Below, one piece after another: positions 1 through 9,725 of a DNA stretch of 64,000 nt (positions are counted from its first letter, which is position 1; every line of letters starts with the position of its first letter). Source of the stretch: Schmidtea polychroa. Its lineage: Eukaryota. Position numbers and translations under genes: made by a program. Below the pieces are notes generated by a model that saw only the letters and a list, made by a program, of their open reading frames with translations, was not told where the DNA came from and did not search any database. The stretch is from positions 28,336,001 to 28,400,000 of the forward strand of contig CM097885.1 in NCBI GenBank assembly GCA_044892525.1, in the 5' to 3' direction.

Positions 1-185
1 TTTAATAATAATAATAATAAGGTTCAAAAAAATAGAAACAACAATTTCAATTTATTTATAAAAAATTGTCTTCCTTCTCTGCGGAAATATTAAATTCTCA
101 ACAATATTTGTCAATTTTAATTTAAATTCTACTACAGACTTGTAAATTCAGTGTGATATAATTTTGGAATAATTTGATTAAATTA

Positions 186-186
<1 letters not shown>

Positions 187-278
<92 letters not shown>
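187..278. repeat. (TAT)n microsatellite; similar (AAT/TAT)n tracts at ~15088-15195, 20728-20820, 21746-21850, 26459-26780, 27750-27832, 42541-42615, 49224-49318, 52562-52710
   Basis: Direct inspection of trinucleotide runs; these explain the poly-I/N/L ORFs in the track. Confidence 0.98.
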
Positions 279-279
<1 letters not shown>

Positions 280-690
280 TTAAATTAAGATAAATAAATA
301 AATTCTGCAATTAAATCTATCTTAAAAGAAATTTTATTCAAAATGATTGATTGGAATTTTCGTGTCGATTGTAATTCAGATATCTTATTAAAAGTGTCAT
401 GAGATTATTAAAATTAAATATAATCAATCCTTGTTTATAATGGAAAATATAAAATTTCAAATAAATAAAATGTAAAAAATAACAAAATCCATAAAAACCA
501 AATTAGAAATGCAATAATCAAATCTTATAATTTGACAATATGTTCAATCAAGTTAAACAAAAAATTCAATCATTTTACAATCACTGTCAAATTAATTTTC
601 AATTAATTTTGGGCAATACCAATTTTATTTTAAATTGTATATAATTTAACCGATATTAAGAATATCGTTCTATAATTTAATATTATAAGA

Positions 691-823
691 ACTTTTTATT
701 AAATTTCACCACTGATTTCTTTTCAATTGACATTGTATTTATTAAAACTCTTGACTATGAATCAGTAAATATATCGATATTTTTTTGATATTCACGAATT
801 TTCGGCACTGCCTTTTCAAGTGA
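691..823 (-). repeat. ~135-bp dispersed repeat (family B), probable Penelope-like pseudo-LTR/3' end carrying a variant hammerhead
   Basis: Matches 21611-21745 (+), 20823-20863 (partial) and 58693-58950 (several pieces); shared core TTGACTATGAATCAGTAAATATATCGAT and CACCACTGATTTCTTTTCAATT. Confidence 0.75.
792..823 (-). ncRNA. Minimal type I hammerhead ribozyme, U3:A8 core variant
   Basis: Minus strand reads TCAC-TTGAAAA-GGC AGT GCC-GAAA-AT-TC-GTGA: stem I TCAC/GTGA, core UUGAAAA, stem II GGC/GCC, GAAA, palindromic AATT at stem III, UUC cleavage triplet. Confidence 0.65.
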
Positions 824-1170
824 TTTTGATCCAAGTTTTTTAATAAATACTATAATTTAATATTTAAATTTTTATTTGCTAAAGTACAAAATGATAAAAT
901 TATTATTATTTTGAAAAATGATTTATTTAATTAATATTATTCTAGATTACTATTTTTCGTTTAAACTCTGTCACAACATTTAGCATTTGCCAATAGTTAG
1001 GCTTCTCACTTCTACGGTTTTTCTCGAGCTCACCTTGTGACTTGAATAGGTGAATGTGAGTTCCTAAATTTACTTTTAAAGGATCTCTATTCTATGGCTC
1101 ATTTCTCAGTAATATCAATGATTCATATTAATATCAATTAATTTTCATTTTCATCAATGTATTGTGATAT

Positions 1171-1894
1171 TGTTGGGGTTAGCACAAAAACCAAAAATAT
1201 TTATATATAAAAGGAAAGCATAACAAATAATGGTAAAATCAATAAAAGTGAAAAATTAGTTAAAACTTACTAAAAATCAAATATTTAACGGGGTTATCGG
1301 GTATGGTTGAACGCTAAATTGATAGACGAGTTTAGAAATTATAATGAAAATTTAATAAAGTGTTCACAAGGGAAAGTTAATGCGGAAAAACAAATTAATT
1401 AAAATGAATTAATCTGTAATGGAAAGACGAGCCCATTGGAAACACGAAAACGGAAAGAAACCCGATGCGCAGTAAGACCCGATAGATCAGATAAGAGAGG
1501 GAATATTTCGAGCCACAATCTAGGATAAACAAATTAAAACAAATTAATTACCAAGGATTCCCGGGAAATAATTAATTGAAATTCTGTAGATAATTGCCCT
1601 CTCAGAAACAGTATAAAAAGAGAGCTCAGAAACAGAAAAACCACCATTTGGTCGATGAAAAAAAAGAGAAGCTCAGAAATCAGGCGATCAATGATAAGAA
1701 AAGAAATCTAGTAATTCAAAAAAAATTTAATACTCGTACCAGAAAAGGTGATTGAGCGAAAAATGCAAATAATGACAACTTGTAATTTATTTGAAATTGA
1801 ATAAAATTATTCTGTATTGGGTTTCGACTTATTTGTTTGAATAAGAACACGATGAGTCAGAGAGAGAACCGACTTTTAAAAATATAACCCAACA
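1171..1894 (+). mobile_element. Solo LTR (724 bp), Gypsy-type
   Basis: Termini TGTTGGGGTTA...TAACCCAACA, 4-bp TSD ATAT on both sides, internal TATAAAA (~1612) and AATAAA (~1800). Confidence 0.8.
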
Positions 1895-2829
1895 ATATTA
1901 ACCAATTGTCGATAGGAATTTTGTCTCGATCAAGCTCTCATGTTCAATCAAAATCGAATCCCAACAAAACAACTTTTATTCAAACAAAAATTGACTACAA
2001 TTTGATTGTTTAACAATTAACAAATGATAGGCTAGACACCCTTTGAATATCATTTCCTAATCAAATAAAAATCTGATTTGGCTAACTAATCACTTTCAAT
2101 TTCGTCCATGTTTTGTCTTTGCCTGCTTTAGTAAAAATCCATTGGTGGTATCTCATTGAAAGGAGATTGCTTGTGACATTTCAAACGTAACTTGAAAAAA
2201 CTGTCATTTATACTCAAAAAGACATAAATTCTCTTGAGTCTCAAAGACTAAGATTCAGTTAGATCTTTGGCCAGGATCACACAATAGGACATTCTTAACA
2301 CTAAATTTCGTCTTTGATTCTCCAGTCGAGATGAAGTTTTCAGCACCAAAATTGTCAATATTATTTTACACAAAAAACTAATTTTAATTTCCGTCTTAAA
2401 CATTAATAATTTTTACTTTTATAAATTTCATAAACTATCCGTAAATAACATTATAAATTGTTATAGATGAATGTTGAAGGTGTCCATTAATTGAAAACCT
2501 TTTGCAAAATTCAAGATCCAACATATATTATCCACAAATTATCGACAAACATTCTATTATTTTAAATTACATATTTATATTGTAATTATATTCAGATTTA
2601 AATTGTTAATATATTATTTACAATTATTATTTCGTTATATTAATTATTAAATGCTAAATTAATTAAAATACAATTTTTAAATTAATTAATTAATTTAGTT
2701 TAATTACATGCCAAATTTAACTTGATCCTTACTAAGGAAATGGAAAAAGACACAATATTGACAATGACATTTTATTAATACATTATTAAAGTAAAATGAA
2801 GGATAACCACAAAATTATCAAACTCTGCC

Positions 2830-3048
2830 TGTTAGGGATATTTAAATAATTAATTTATAAATAAAATATATATTATATTATAAGAAAAAGTATAAAAGCT
2901 GGCACGCATAATTATCATTATTATTTAATTAATTAATTCGCCATTTAAATCGGGTGTTTTAATAATACCAGATTTGGGCAATAATTTGTATTTTGCATTT
3001 TGTATTAAAAATAAATATTTCTAGATTAATTATTGGTTATTATTAACA
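2830..3048 (+). repeat. 5' LTR
   Basis: TGTTAGGGATA...TATTAACA, direct repeat of 8156-8374. Confidence 0.97.
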
Positions 3049-4169
3049 TGGCGACCCTGGCAATGATCAATAAAATGATCCCGGATATTTACGATGGCAG
3101 CGTCGATGTAGACGTTTTTATTGGAGAATGCAAGAGGTATTTCCAATTATGTGGACTAGAACAATCCAGCCAAAGTATGATGATCAAATGTTTAATCGCA
3201 AGAGAGTTGTTGCCAATTTATGAAGCAATAGAAGAAAATGAAATTTGTTTTGAAGACAGATTGAAAAAGGCTTTCAAGAAACCAACGACGTTGATAGGGG
3301 ATTTTCTAACCCTCTGCAATTATGAAAAGAACGATGATACTGCTCCAATATATTTCGAAAAAATAGAAAAGATGGTTGACCAAGTTCTGAAGCACAAATG
3401 GGACAAGAAAGAATTAATGTCATATTTTTTGGTCCATTGTATCAAAGACAAGGATACACAGAAAGAAATAAAGATGAGAGATGCGATGAGCGTCGAGGAA
3501 ATAAAAGGAGTGATAAAGAAGGTCGATGATATAAACATTGAAGTATCCGGAATTTCAGTTTTGAATAGAAGGAAGGAAACGTTTGCGAGTATTGTCAAGA
3601 CGAGACAAGGATTTGCCGATAGACAGAACCAAAGCAGAACTTTTACAAATTCACAACGAAGTGAACACAGATATGATTCAACACCGAGGATGAAAGCCGA
3701 TAATTTCCAGAACAGATTCCAACAAAGAGAAATGCCGGTTAGAAGCAGACCAGTTATTACATGTTGGAATTGTCAGGAGGTGGGTCATATGAGTCGAGAA
3801 TGTCGGAAACCAAGGGTTCAGAAATGCTTCCAATGTGGAAAAGAAGGGCACCAATCCAGAGAGTGCAATCAGAGATTACAGAATGCAGAGATGAGATGTT
3901 TTGCGTGTAAAGATATTGGACACAACAGAAGAGAATGCCCATCAATATCGTGCTCAGGATGCGGTAGAAGAGGCCACCTACGATTTCAATGCTGGAATCA
4001 GACAGACAGAAGAAGATACGCAGACGAGCGGGGACCACCGAGACGGACACAGGTAGCCGCGTTTCAGGCTGATCAAGCCGAGAACGACGTAAAGATTTCA
4101 TGCCAAGACGAAGACTACCCAAACCAAGAAGCTCCATCGTTGGGCGAGATGATCGGAGCAATGAATTAA
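3048..4169 (+). CDS. gag: Gag with four CCHC zinc knuckles
   Basis: CWNCQEVGHMSREC, CFQCGKEGHQSREC, CFACKDIGHNRREC, CSGCGRRGHLRFQC; first in-frame ATG at 3048. Confidence 0.92.
   Translation: MATLAMINKMIPDIYDGSVDVDVFIGECKRYFQLCGLEQSSQSMMIKCLIARELLPIYEAIEENEICFEDRLKKAFKKPTTLIGDFLTLCNYEKNDDTAPIYFEKIEKMVDQVLKHKWDKKELMSYFLVHCIKDKDTQKEIKMRDAMSVEEIKGVIKKVDDINIEVSGISVLNRRKETFASIVKTRQGFADRQNQSRTFTNSQRSEHRYDSTPRMKADNFQNRFQQREMPVRSRPVITCWNCQEVGHMSRECRKPRVQKCFQCGKEGHQSRECNQRLQNAEMRCFACKDIGHNRRECPSISCSGCGRRGHLRFQCWNQTDRRRYADERGPPRRTQVAAFQADQAENDVKISCQDEDYPNQEAPSLGEMIGAMN
3049..3062 (+). promoter_or_regulatory. Primer binding site, probably tRNA-Arg
   Basis: TGGCGACCCTGGCA directly after the LTR, complementary to a tRNA 3' end ...GGGTCGCCA as in Arg(TCG/CCG) tRNAs. 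Confidence 0.75.
4118..4159 (+). promoter_or_regulatory. Putative -1 ribosomal frameshift signal (gag to pol)
   Basis: C CCA AAC heptamer in gag frame at 4118-4124, 6-nt spacer, stem-loop GCTCCATC...GATCGGAGC (4131-4159); the -1 frame is open downstream. Confidence 0.7.
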
Positions 4170-4284
4170 TGGGTAATAATGACGATTGTGTATGCCAGTA
4201 TAATTGTATAAGTAAATATAAATATATTAATAGTATTAGTAGTAAAGTGAATAGTATAATTCCTTTTGTAAATAATGTATATAA

Positions 4285-4633
4285 CAGGGGTGCCCACTAA
4301 TTTTTCTAGGAGAGCTACATTCACATCAAAAATGTGTATGCGATCTACTTTTTTAATACTTACATAATATTTAAACTAAATAAACAAAATTAAATTAAAC
4401 TAAATTAAACTAAATAACATTTTGGAAATGGTGAAATCAAAATTAAAAAATGTTATTTAGTATTACCATAGAAATGGAACACAGAACATGAAAATTGGCA
4501 AAAAATTTAAGCATAAAACAGAAATTTTATATAAAATCTAAATTTATATAAAAAATATTTTTTTTATGAAGATCTACTAAAAAATCCTTCGCGATCTACC
4601 GGTAGATCGCGATCGACCTTATGGGCACCCCTG
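4285..4633. mobile_element. hAT (Charlie/Buster-like) MITE nested in the Gypsy pol 5' region
   Basis: 12-bp TIR CAGGGGTGCCCA/TGGGCACCCCTG, perfect 8-bp TSD GTATATAA (4277-4284, 4634-4641), palindrome GCGATCTACCGGTAGATCGC. Confidence 0.95.
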
Positions 4634-4892
4634 GTATATAATGTAGAAAATATTAATAATAACGTGAATAGTATAAGTCCTTTAGTAGATAATTTAAATA
4701 AAGTAAATAATAAAATGTTGGATGAGAATAATGTAATCAGAAATAATGGTAGCAGTAGAATTGTAGGAAATATCGATATAGTTGGAAAAAATAATGAGCT
4801 AGAAACAAATTTTAAAAAAAGCGAATCAATGTGATATAATAGAAAGTGTAAAAAATAAAGTTACGGATATTCATGATGCAATTATTTTAAAT

Positions 4893-5624
4893 ATGCCTAA
4901 TGAAAACAATTTTGAAAAAATAAAAATTGATGACGATAATAAAAAAGAATGTAAAAATAATTGTACTCAGATTTTATCGATAGATGATGTAAAAAAATTA
5001 AAAAAAACAGAAAATATGATTTATGTACATAATGAAAAGGATAAAATATTTGATACATGTGACTGTAAAATACAATATAGAAGTGAAACATATTTGAAGA
5101 AGGATGAGTATAATATTGTTTATGATAAAATGGGTGGACGTCCAAGTGTAATAATAGGCATAAATAATTACTTTAAGAATTGTTTGTTGGATACAGGAGC
5201 TAGAATGAATGTGATTGATAGTTCGATTATAAAGGAGATCGGAAATCCAGTTTTAAACGAACACGGAGACAAAATCTGGTGCGCAAATGGTAGTCCATTA
5301 AAAACTTTGGGAAGAATCAAGCTTAGAATAAATATAGGAAGTAGAGAAGAAAATATTGTTTTTGTAGTAGTTGAAAATGTATCTCCATCGATAATTGGAG
5401 GAATCGATTTATTACGTAGGTTTGACATAAAACTAATGAAAGTTATCGGAAATAACATCGAAAATGCAAGCGAATATAATAATATGGAAATATGCAACAT
5501 TGAAGCCAAATTTGGGAAAAGAACGAGTGATGAACTTCGATTTAAAAGAGCAATAGAATTAATAGGATTAAGGTGTGACGACAAACTTTATGGAGTAATA
5601 AAAAAAATGCCGAAGTATTTATGA
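4893..5624 (+). CDS. pol: Pol segment with aspartic protease (frameshift-bounded)
   Basis: LLDTGA active site and IIGGIDLL motif; joins the RT frame by a 1-nt change in the A8 run at 5600-5607. Confidence 0.85.
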   Translation: MPNENNFEKIKIDDDNKKECKNNCTQILSIDDVKKLKKTENMIYVHNEKDKIFDTCDCKIQYRSETYLKKDEYNIVYDKMGGRPSVIIGINNYFKNCLLDTGARMNVIDSSIIKEIGNPVLNEHGDKIWCANGSPLKTLGRIKLRINIGSREENIVFVVVENVSPSIIGGIDLLRRFDIKLMKVIGNNIENASEYNNMEICNIEAKFGKRTSDELRFKRAIELIGLRCDDKLYGVIKKMPKYL

Positions 5625-8161
5625 TAGATAAGTGGGATATAGGCAAAACCAATCTATTAAAGCATGATATTAAAACTGTTGAAGGACCAATCCATTTGAA
5701 CCCAAGAAGACAGGCAGCCCACCTAGAAGAAAAGATTGAAGAAGCTATTAAAAATTTGGAAGAAAACGGCATAATTAGGAAGTGTGACTCACCGTGGAAT
5801 ACGCCGTTAGTATGTGTCTGGAAGAAGGAGAAAAATGATATTCGATTATGTTTAGATTTTAGAAGTTTAAATAAAATGACAGAAAGACAAATCTTCCCAA
5901 TGCCTAATATCGAACAGATGTTAGATTCATTAAATGGATCAATGTACTTTAGCACCATTGATCTGGGAAGTGCGTATTATCAGGTTGAATTGACAGCAAA
6001 TTCGCAAGAAAAGACAGCGTTCTCAACAAGATCTGGGCAGTTCTGCTTTAATAGGATGCCATTTGGGATTGCTGCTGCTCCAGCTACATTCCAAAAATTA
6101 ATGAATATGGTTTTAGGAAAATTATTATGGAAAATTGCTATAGTGTATTTAGATGATATTTTAATATTCTCAAAAGACAAAGAAGATCATATAAAAAGAA
6201 TAAATGAAGTATTAGAAAAAATAAAAGAAGCAGGATTGAGAATAAAACCTGAAAAATGCAAATTTTTGGTGAAGGAAACAAAATTTCTTGGTCACATTAT
6301 AACTTGCGAAGGTGTTAAAGTCGATGAAGCTAAAATAGAAGCAATAAAAGGGTTTCAAAGACCAAAATGTTTAAAGCAATTGAGGAGTTTCTTAGGACTG
6401 TGTAATTATTACAGAAAATTTATAAAAAATTATTCAAAATTCGCAAGAATATTAGAATCGATGTGCGGAAACAATAAAGACAAGTTAGTTTGGTCACAAG
6501 AATGTCAAGAAAGTTTTGAGGAATTGAAGAAAGCACTATCAACTAAACCAGTTCTAATATATCCTGATTATGAGAAAGAATTTATTTTGGATACGGATGC
6601 CAGTTTCAACACTATAGGAGCTGTTTTGTCACAGATTGATGATCTAGGTAATGAACGTGTTATTGCCTATGGTTCACATACGATGAGTAAACATGAAATA
6701 GGATACTGTATCACGAGAAAGGAACTTTTAGCAATTTATTACTTTGCACAGCATTTTAAGCACTATCTTTACGGCAAGCGATTCCAGCTAAGAACGGATC
6801 ACAAGGCTATAACATTTATGATGACAACAAAAAAACCTATAACGGCACAATTTCAGACATGGATAAACTTCTTAAGTAGTTTAGATATGGATATTAAATA
6901 TCGAAAAGGAATTGACCATTCGAACGCTGACGCATTATCGAGAGATAAATGTGGGAAATGTACACAGTGTATGGAAATCCATGAAGATGCCAAGACAGAG
7001 AAAGTAAAAACCAGATTGTTGGCAATGACAGCCACTAAACATGGATTGCAATGGCAAAAAGGTAATGAAGAGATAGAACATATGAGAAAAGCAATAGATA
7101 AAAATGAGACTACAAGATTTAAAATCATCGAAGATTTAATTTTAACAAGAGAAAATAAAATTTGGATTCCAAAAGTAAATAGAATAGAATTTGTCAAAGA
7201 GATGCACAAAATGTTGTGTCACGCTGGATGCAAGAAGGTAATCGATTATATAAAAGTTAATTACGATATGGAGGAATTAAATACAATCGCGACTCAATAT
7301 ATTCAAAGTTGTGAAATATGCCAGAAACGAAAAACATTGACAACAAAAACAAAAGAAATAATTGTAAAAACACAAGTGGCGGAACCGTTTGAGGTTATAG
7401 CGATAGATTTTTGTGGACCTTTGCAGGCAAACATTCATGGAAAGAAATATATTTTGGGAATTATAGATATGTGTAGTCGATACATTTCGTTGACAGCAGT
7501 AGCAAAGCAGGACGAAAAAACTACAGCGGATACTATTGTGAAATTCTGGATATTAAAATACGGGGCACCGAGAATTATTCATGTTGATTGTGGAAAAACA
7601 TTTGAGTCTAACTTGATAAAAGAATTGGCTAAGAATCACAATATACAGGTACAATTTTCTAGCCCTTATCATCATAACACTAATGGTTTGATTGAAAGAC
7701 AATTTCGAACAATACGAGATTTTATCAGTACATCATTAAGAGATAATCTTAAGAGAAATTGGTTTGAAGTGTTACCTGAAATTGAGTTTACTTTAAATGC
7801 TACCATTCAAAGCACAACTGGAAAGAGTCCATCAGAAGCAGTATTTGGTTTTCGGATATCTAGAGAATGGAACAATAATAAAAGAATATACAACGATAGA
7901 AGTAAAATAGTGGAGGAAGTGCAATCAAAACAAAGAAATTTAAATTATAAAAATGAAAACCGAATACACCGAGAATTCGATATAAATGAAGAAGTTTTAG
8001 TTAAAGTAGATTTGAGAAAAAAAGAGGAGGACCGATATACAGGACCTTTCGTAATTGTTAGAAAGATCCATGCAAATAGTTATGAATTACGAGACAGAGA
8101 TGGGAAAATTATAATCCGCAACGTTGAATGGCTAAAACCTTTTAAACAGGGGAGATGTTAG
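5621..8161 (+). CDS. pol: Pol: reverse transcriptase, RNase H, integrase
   Basis: RMPFG, YLDD, TDAS, RTDH, HxxG..C..C zinc finger, IDFCGP, D-G, GLIER, GPF motif. Confidence 0.96.
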   Translation: MIDKWDIGKTNLLKHDIKTVEGPIHLNPRRQAAHLEEKIEEAIKNLEENGIIRKCDSPWNTPLVCVWKKEKNDIRLCLDFRSLNKMTERQIFPMPNIEQMLDSLNGSMYFSTIDLGSAYYQVELTANSQEKTAFSTRSGQFCFNRMPFGIAAAPATFQKLMNMVLGKLLWKIAIVYLDDILIFSKDKEDHIKRINEVLEKIKEAGLRIKPEKCKFLVKETKFLGHIITCEGVKVDEAKIEAIKGFQRPKCLKQLRSFLGLCNYYRKFIKNYSKFARILESMCGNNKDKLVWSQECQESFEELKKALSTKPVLIYPDYEKEFILDTDASFNTIGAVLSQIDDLGNERVIAYGSHTMSKHEIGYCITRKELLAIYYFAQHFKHYLYGKRFQLRTDHKAITFMMTTKKPITAQFQTWINFLSSLDMDIKYRKGIDHSNADALSRDKCGKCTQCMEIHEDAKTEKVKTRLLAMTATKHGLQWQKGNEEIEHMRKAIDKNETTRFKIIEDLILTRENKIWIPKVNRIEFVKEMHKMLCHAGCKKVIDYIKVNYDMEELNTIATQYIQSCEICQKRKTLTTKTKEIIVKTQVAEPFEVIAIDFCGPLQANIHGKKYILGIIDMCSRYISLTAVAKQDEKTTADTIVKFWILKYGAPRIIHVDCGKTFESNLIKELAKNHNIQVQFSSPYHHNTNGLIERQFRTIRDFISTSLRDNLKRNWFEVLPEIEFTLNATIQSTTGKSPSEAVFGFRISREWNNNKRIYNDRSKIVEEVQSKQRNLNYKNENRIHREFDINEEVLVKVDLRKKEEDRYTGPFVIVRKIHANSYELRDRDGKIIIRNVEWLKPFKQGRC

Positions 8162-8374
8162 GGATATTTAAATAATTAATTTATAAATAAAATATATATT
8201 ATATTATAAGAAAAAGTATAAAAGCTGGCACGCATAATTATCATTATTATTTAATTAATTAATTCGCCATTTAAATCGGGTGTTTTAATAATACCAGATT
8301 TGGGCAATAATTTGTATTTTGCATTTTGTATTAAAAATAAATATTTCTAGATTAATTATTGGTTATTATTAACA
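8156..8374 (+). repeat. 3' LTR, preceded by PPT AAACAGGGGAGA (8144-8155)
   Basis: Direct repeat of 2830-3048. Confidence 0.97.
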
Positions 8375-8576
8375 CAGCCAAAATTTCGTGGTTATATTTA
8401 AGAATTTTATCGATCTATATTCATCTAATAACAAACACTTAATTGAGAGAAAATGTATCATGATTATTATTTATTTGTATTTAATACTTTACAATTGGTG
8501 ATACAACATCCCGTTATTTAATTCTCCTTCTTTCTTTTAGTCTTTGAAATTCAGGATGATATTTCCCAGTAGCTCT

Positions 8577-9179
8577 TCAAACCGCTCTAGCTCTTCCAAT
8601 ACATTGAGTCTCACTGAAAAGAACCTCGGCACCGCGTCTAAGCATCATTGAGTATGATCGTCCTGGTACCCCATATCTTTCATCCAATAGTTTCATTGCA
8701 GCTTCAAAAGCCTGTGAGCCATATCCAATATAGACAATCAATTGCAGAGGCTTCCTTTCCAAATACTGTCTCAAGTACAAGTATTTCCTTTCGCTGGGTT
8801 CATCTGTGTCCTCGACGCAGGCTCTCAAAATTGCTCTCCATCCAGGATACTTCATTACCCTTCCATTAAATGTCGGGAGCTGTAAGGACTTCAATCCCAC
8901 TATTAACTTCGGTTTTTCATTACGATCTTCACTCCTAAATGATTTTTCTGTGACATTCAGCGATTCCGCTTTAAACCTTTCTTCCTTCTGCGTGAAGACC
9001 ATATCACCTATCCTGCTAAAATCCACTTCTAATCGTTTCAGATCTGTTTCAATTTCTCTTACTTCTTTCTCTCGTCCTAACTCCAAGACATTATTCTTCA
9101 GCTGCTCGAATTCTGTCATGACTTCTTCATACTTGTCTTCGTAAGCCTCCATTCTCCTTTGTTCTTCCACAGTGTCCAA
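8577..9179 (-). pseudogene. BEL/Pao retrotransposon Gag (DUF1759-like) remnant
   Basis: LPTFNG..Y..W...K..YL..YL..A...L.ERYG pattern typical of Pao gag; no pol or LTR seen. Confidence 0.75.
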
Positions 9180-9689
9180 TCCATCTCCTAAAGCCCTGTT
9201 TCATAAACGCTCTAATGAAATCTTCAACTTTGTTCGTCATTTGTAACCTGCCTCGAACTCAGCATCTTATACTGGACTTCCCCTGCAAGAACCAAGTCCA
9301 GAATAATCCCATCTATTATAAGTAATATATTTTATTATTTATTATTAATTATATTACTCCAAGAAATAATTTAAATGTTTTTTTCAAAATTTAATTATAA
9401 ATTACCTAAAATAAATATAAAAAATAATTGAAAAACAAATTTTGACAAATTATATTTGGTCTCCTTTGCAAATTTATAATAAATTTCATTTGTCAAATAT
9501 TGTTTTTATCAGATGAATTTTTCAACTTTAAAATTTTAAAAAGAAATGTGTGAAAATTACTATTATAATCAAAAAATAATTTCCTGAATTCTGTTTATAG
9601 ATTTCAATTGTTTACTCTTTCTTCTGGTCAGTGAGTTCAATTTTGTATATTTAATTTTGAATAAAGCAAAAAATTTCTAATTAGAATTG

Positions 9690-9724
<35 letters not shown>

Positions 9725-9725
9725 C

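Larger units (their letters stand above)
2830..8374 (+). mobile_element. Full-length Ty3/Gypsy LTR retrotransposon
   Basis: Two 219-bp LTRs (2830-3048, 8156-8374), TG...CA, identical by eye; PBS, PPT, order gag-PR-RT-RH-IN; flanks CTGCC/CAGCC (5-bp TSD with 1 mismatch). Confidence 0.97.

Noticed and set aside
950..2400. Higher-complexity sequence on both sides of the solo LTR as a degenerate retroelement
   Set aside because: Only a faint integrase-like peptide on the minus strand; no convincing motif or ORF.
5600..5607. Second programmed -1 frameshift between protease and RT (A AAA AAA)
   Set aside because: Gypsy PR and RT are normally one ORF and no downstream structure is evident; a homopolymer indel or sequencing error is simpler.
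3320..7209. Antisense ORFs within the Gypsy element
   Set aside because: Shadow frames of gag/pol with no recognisable motifs.
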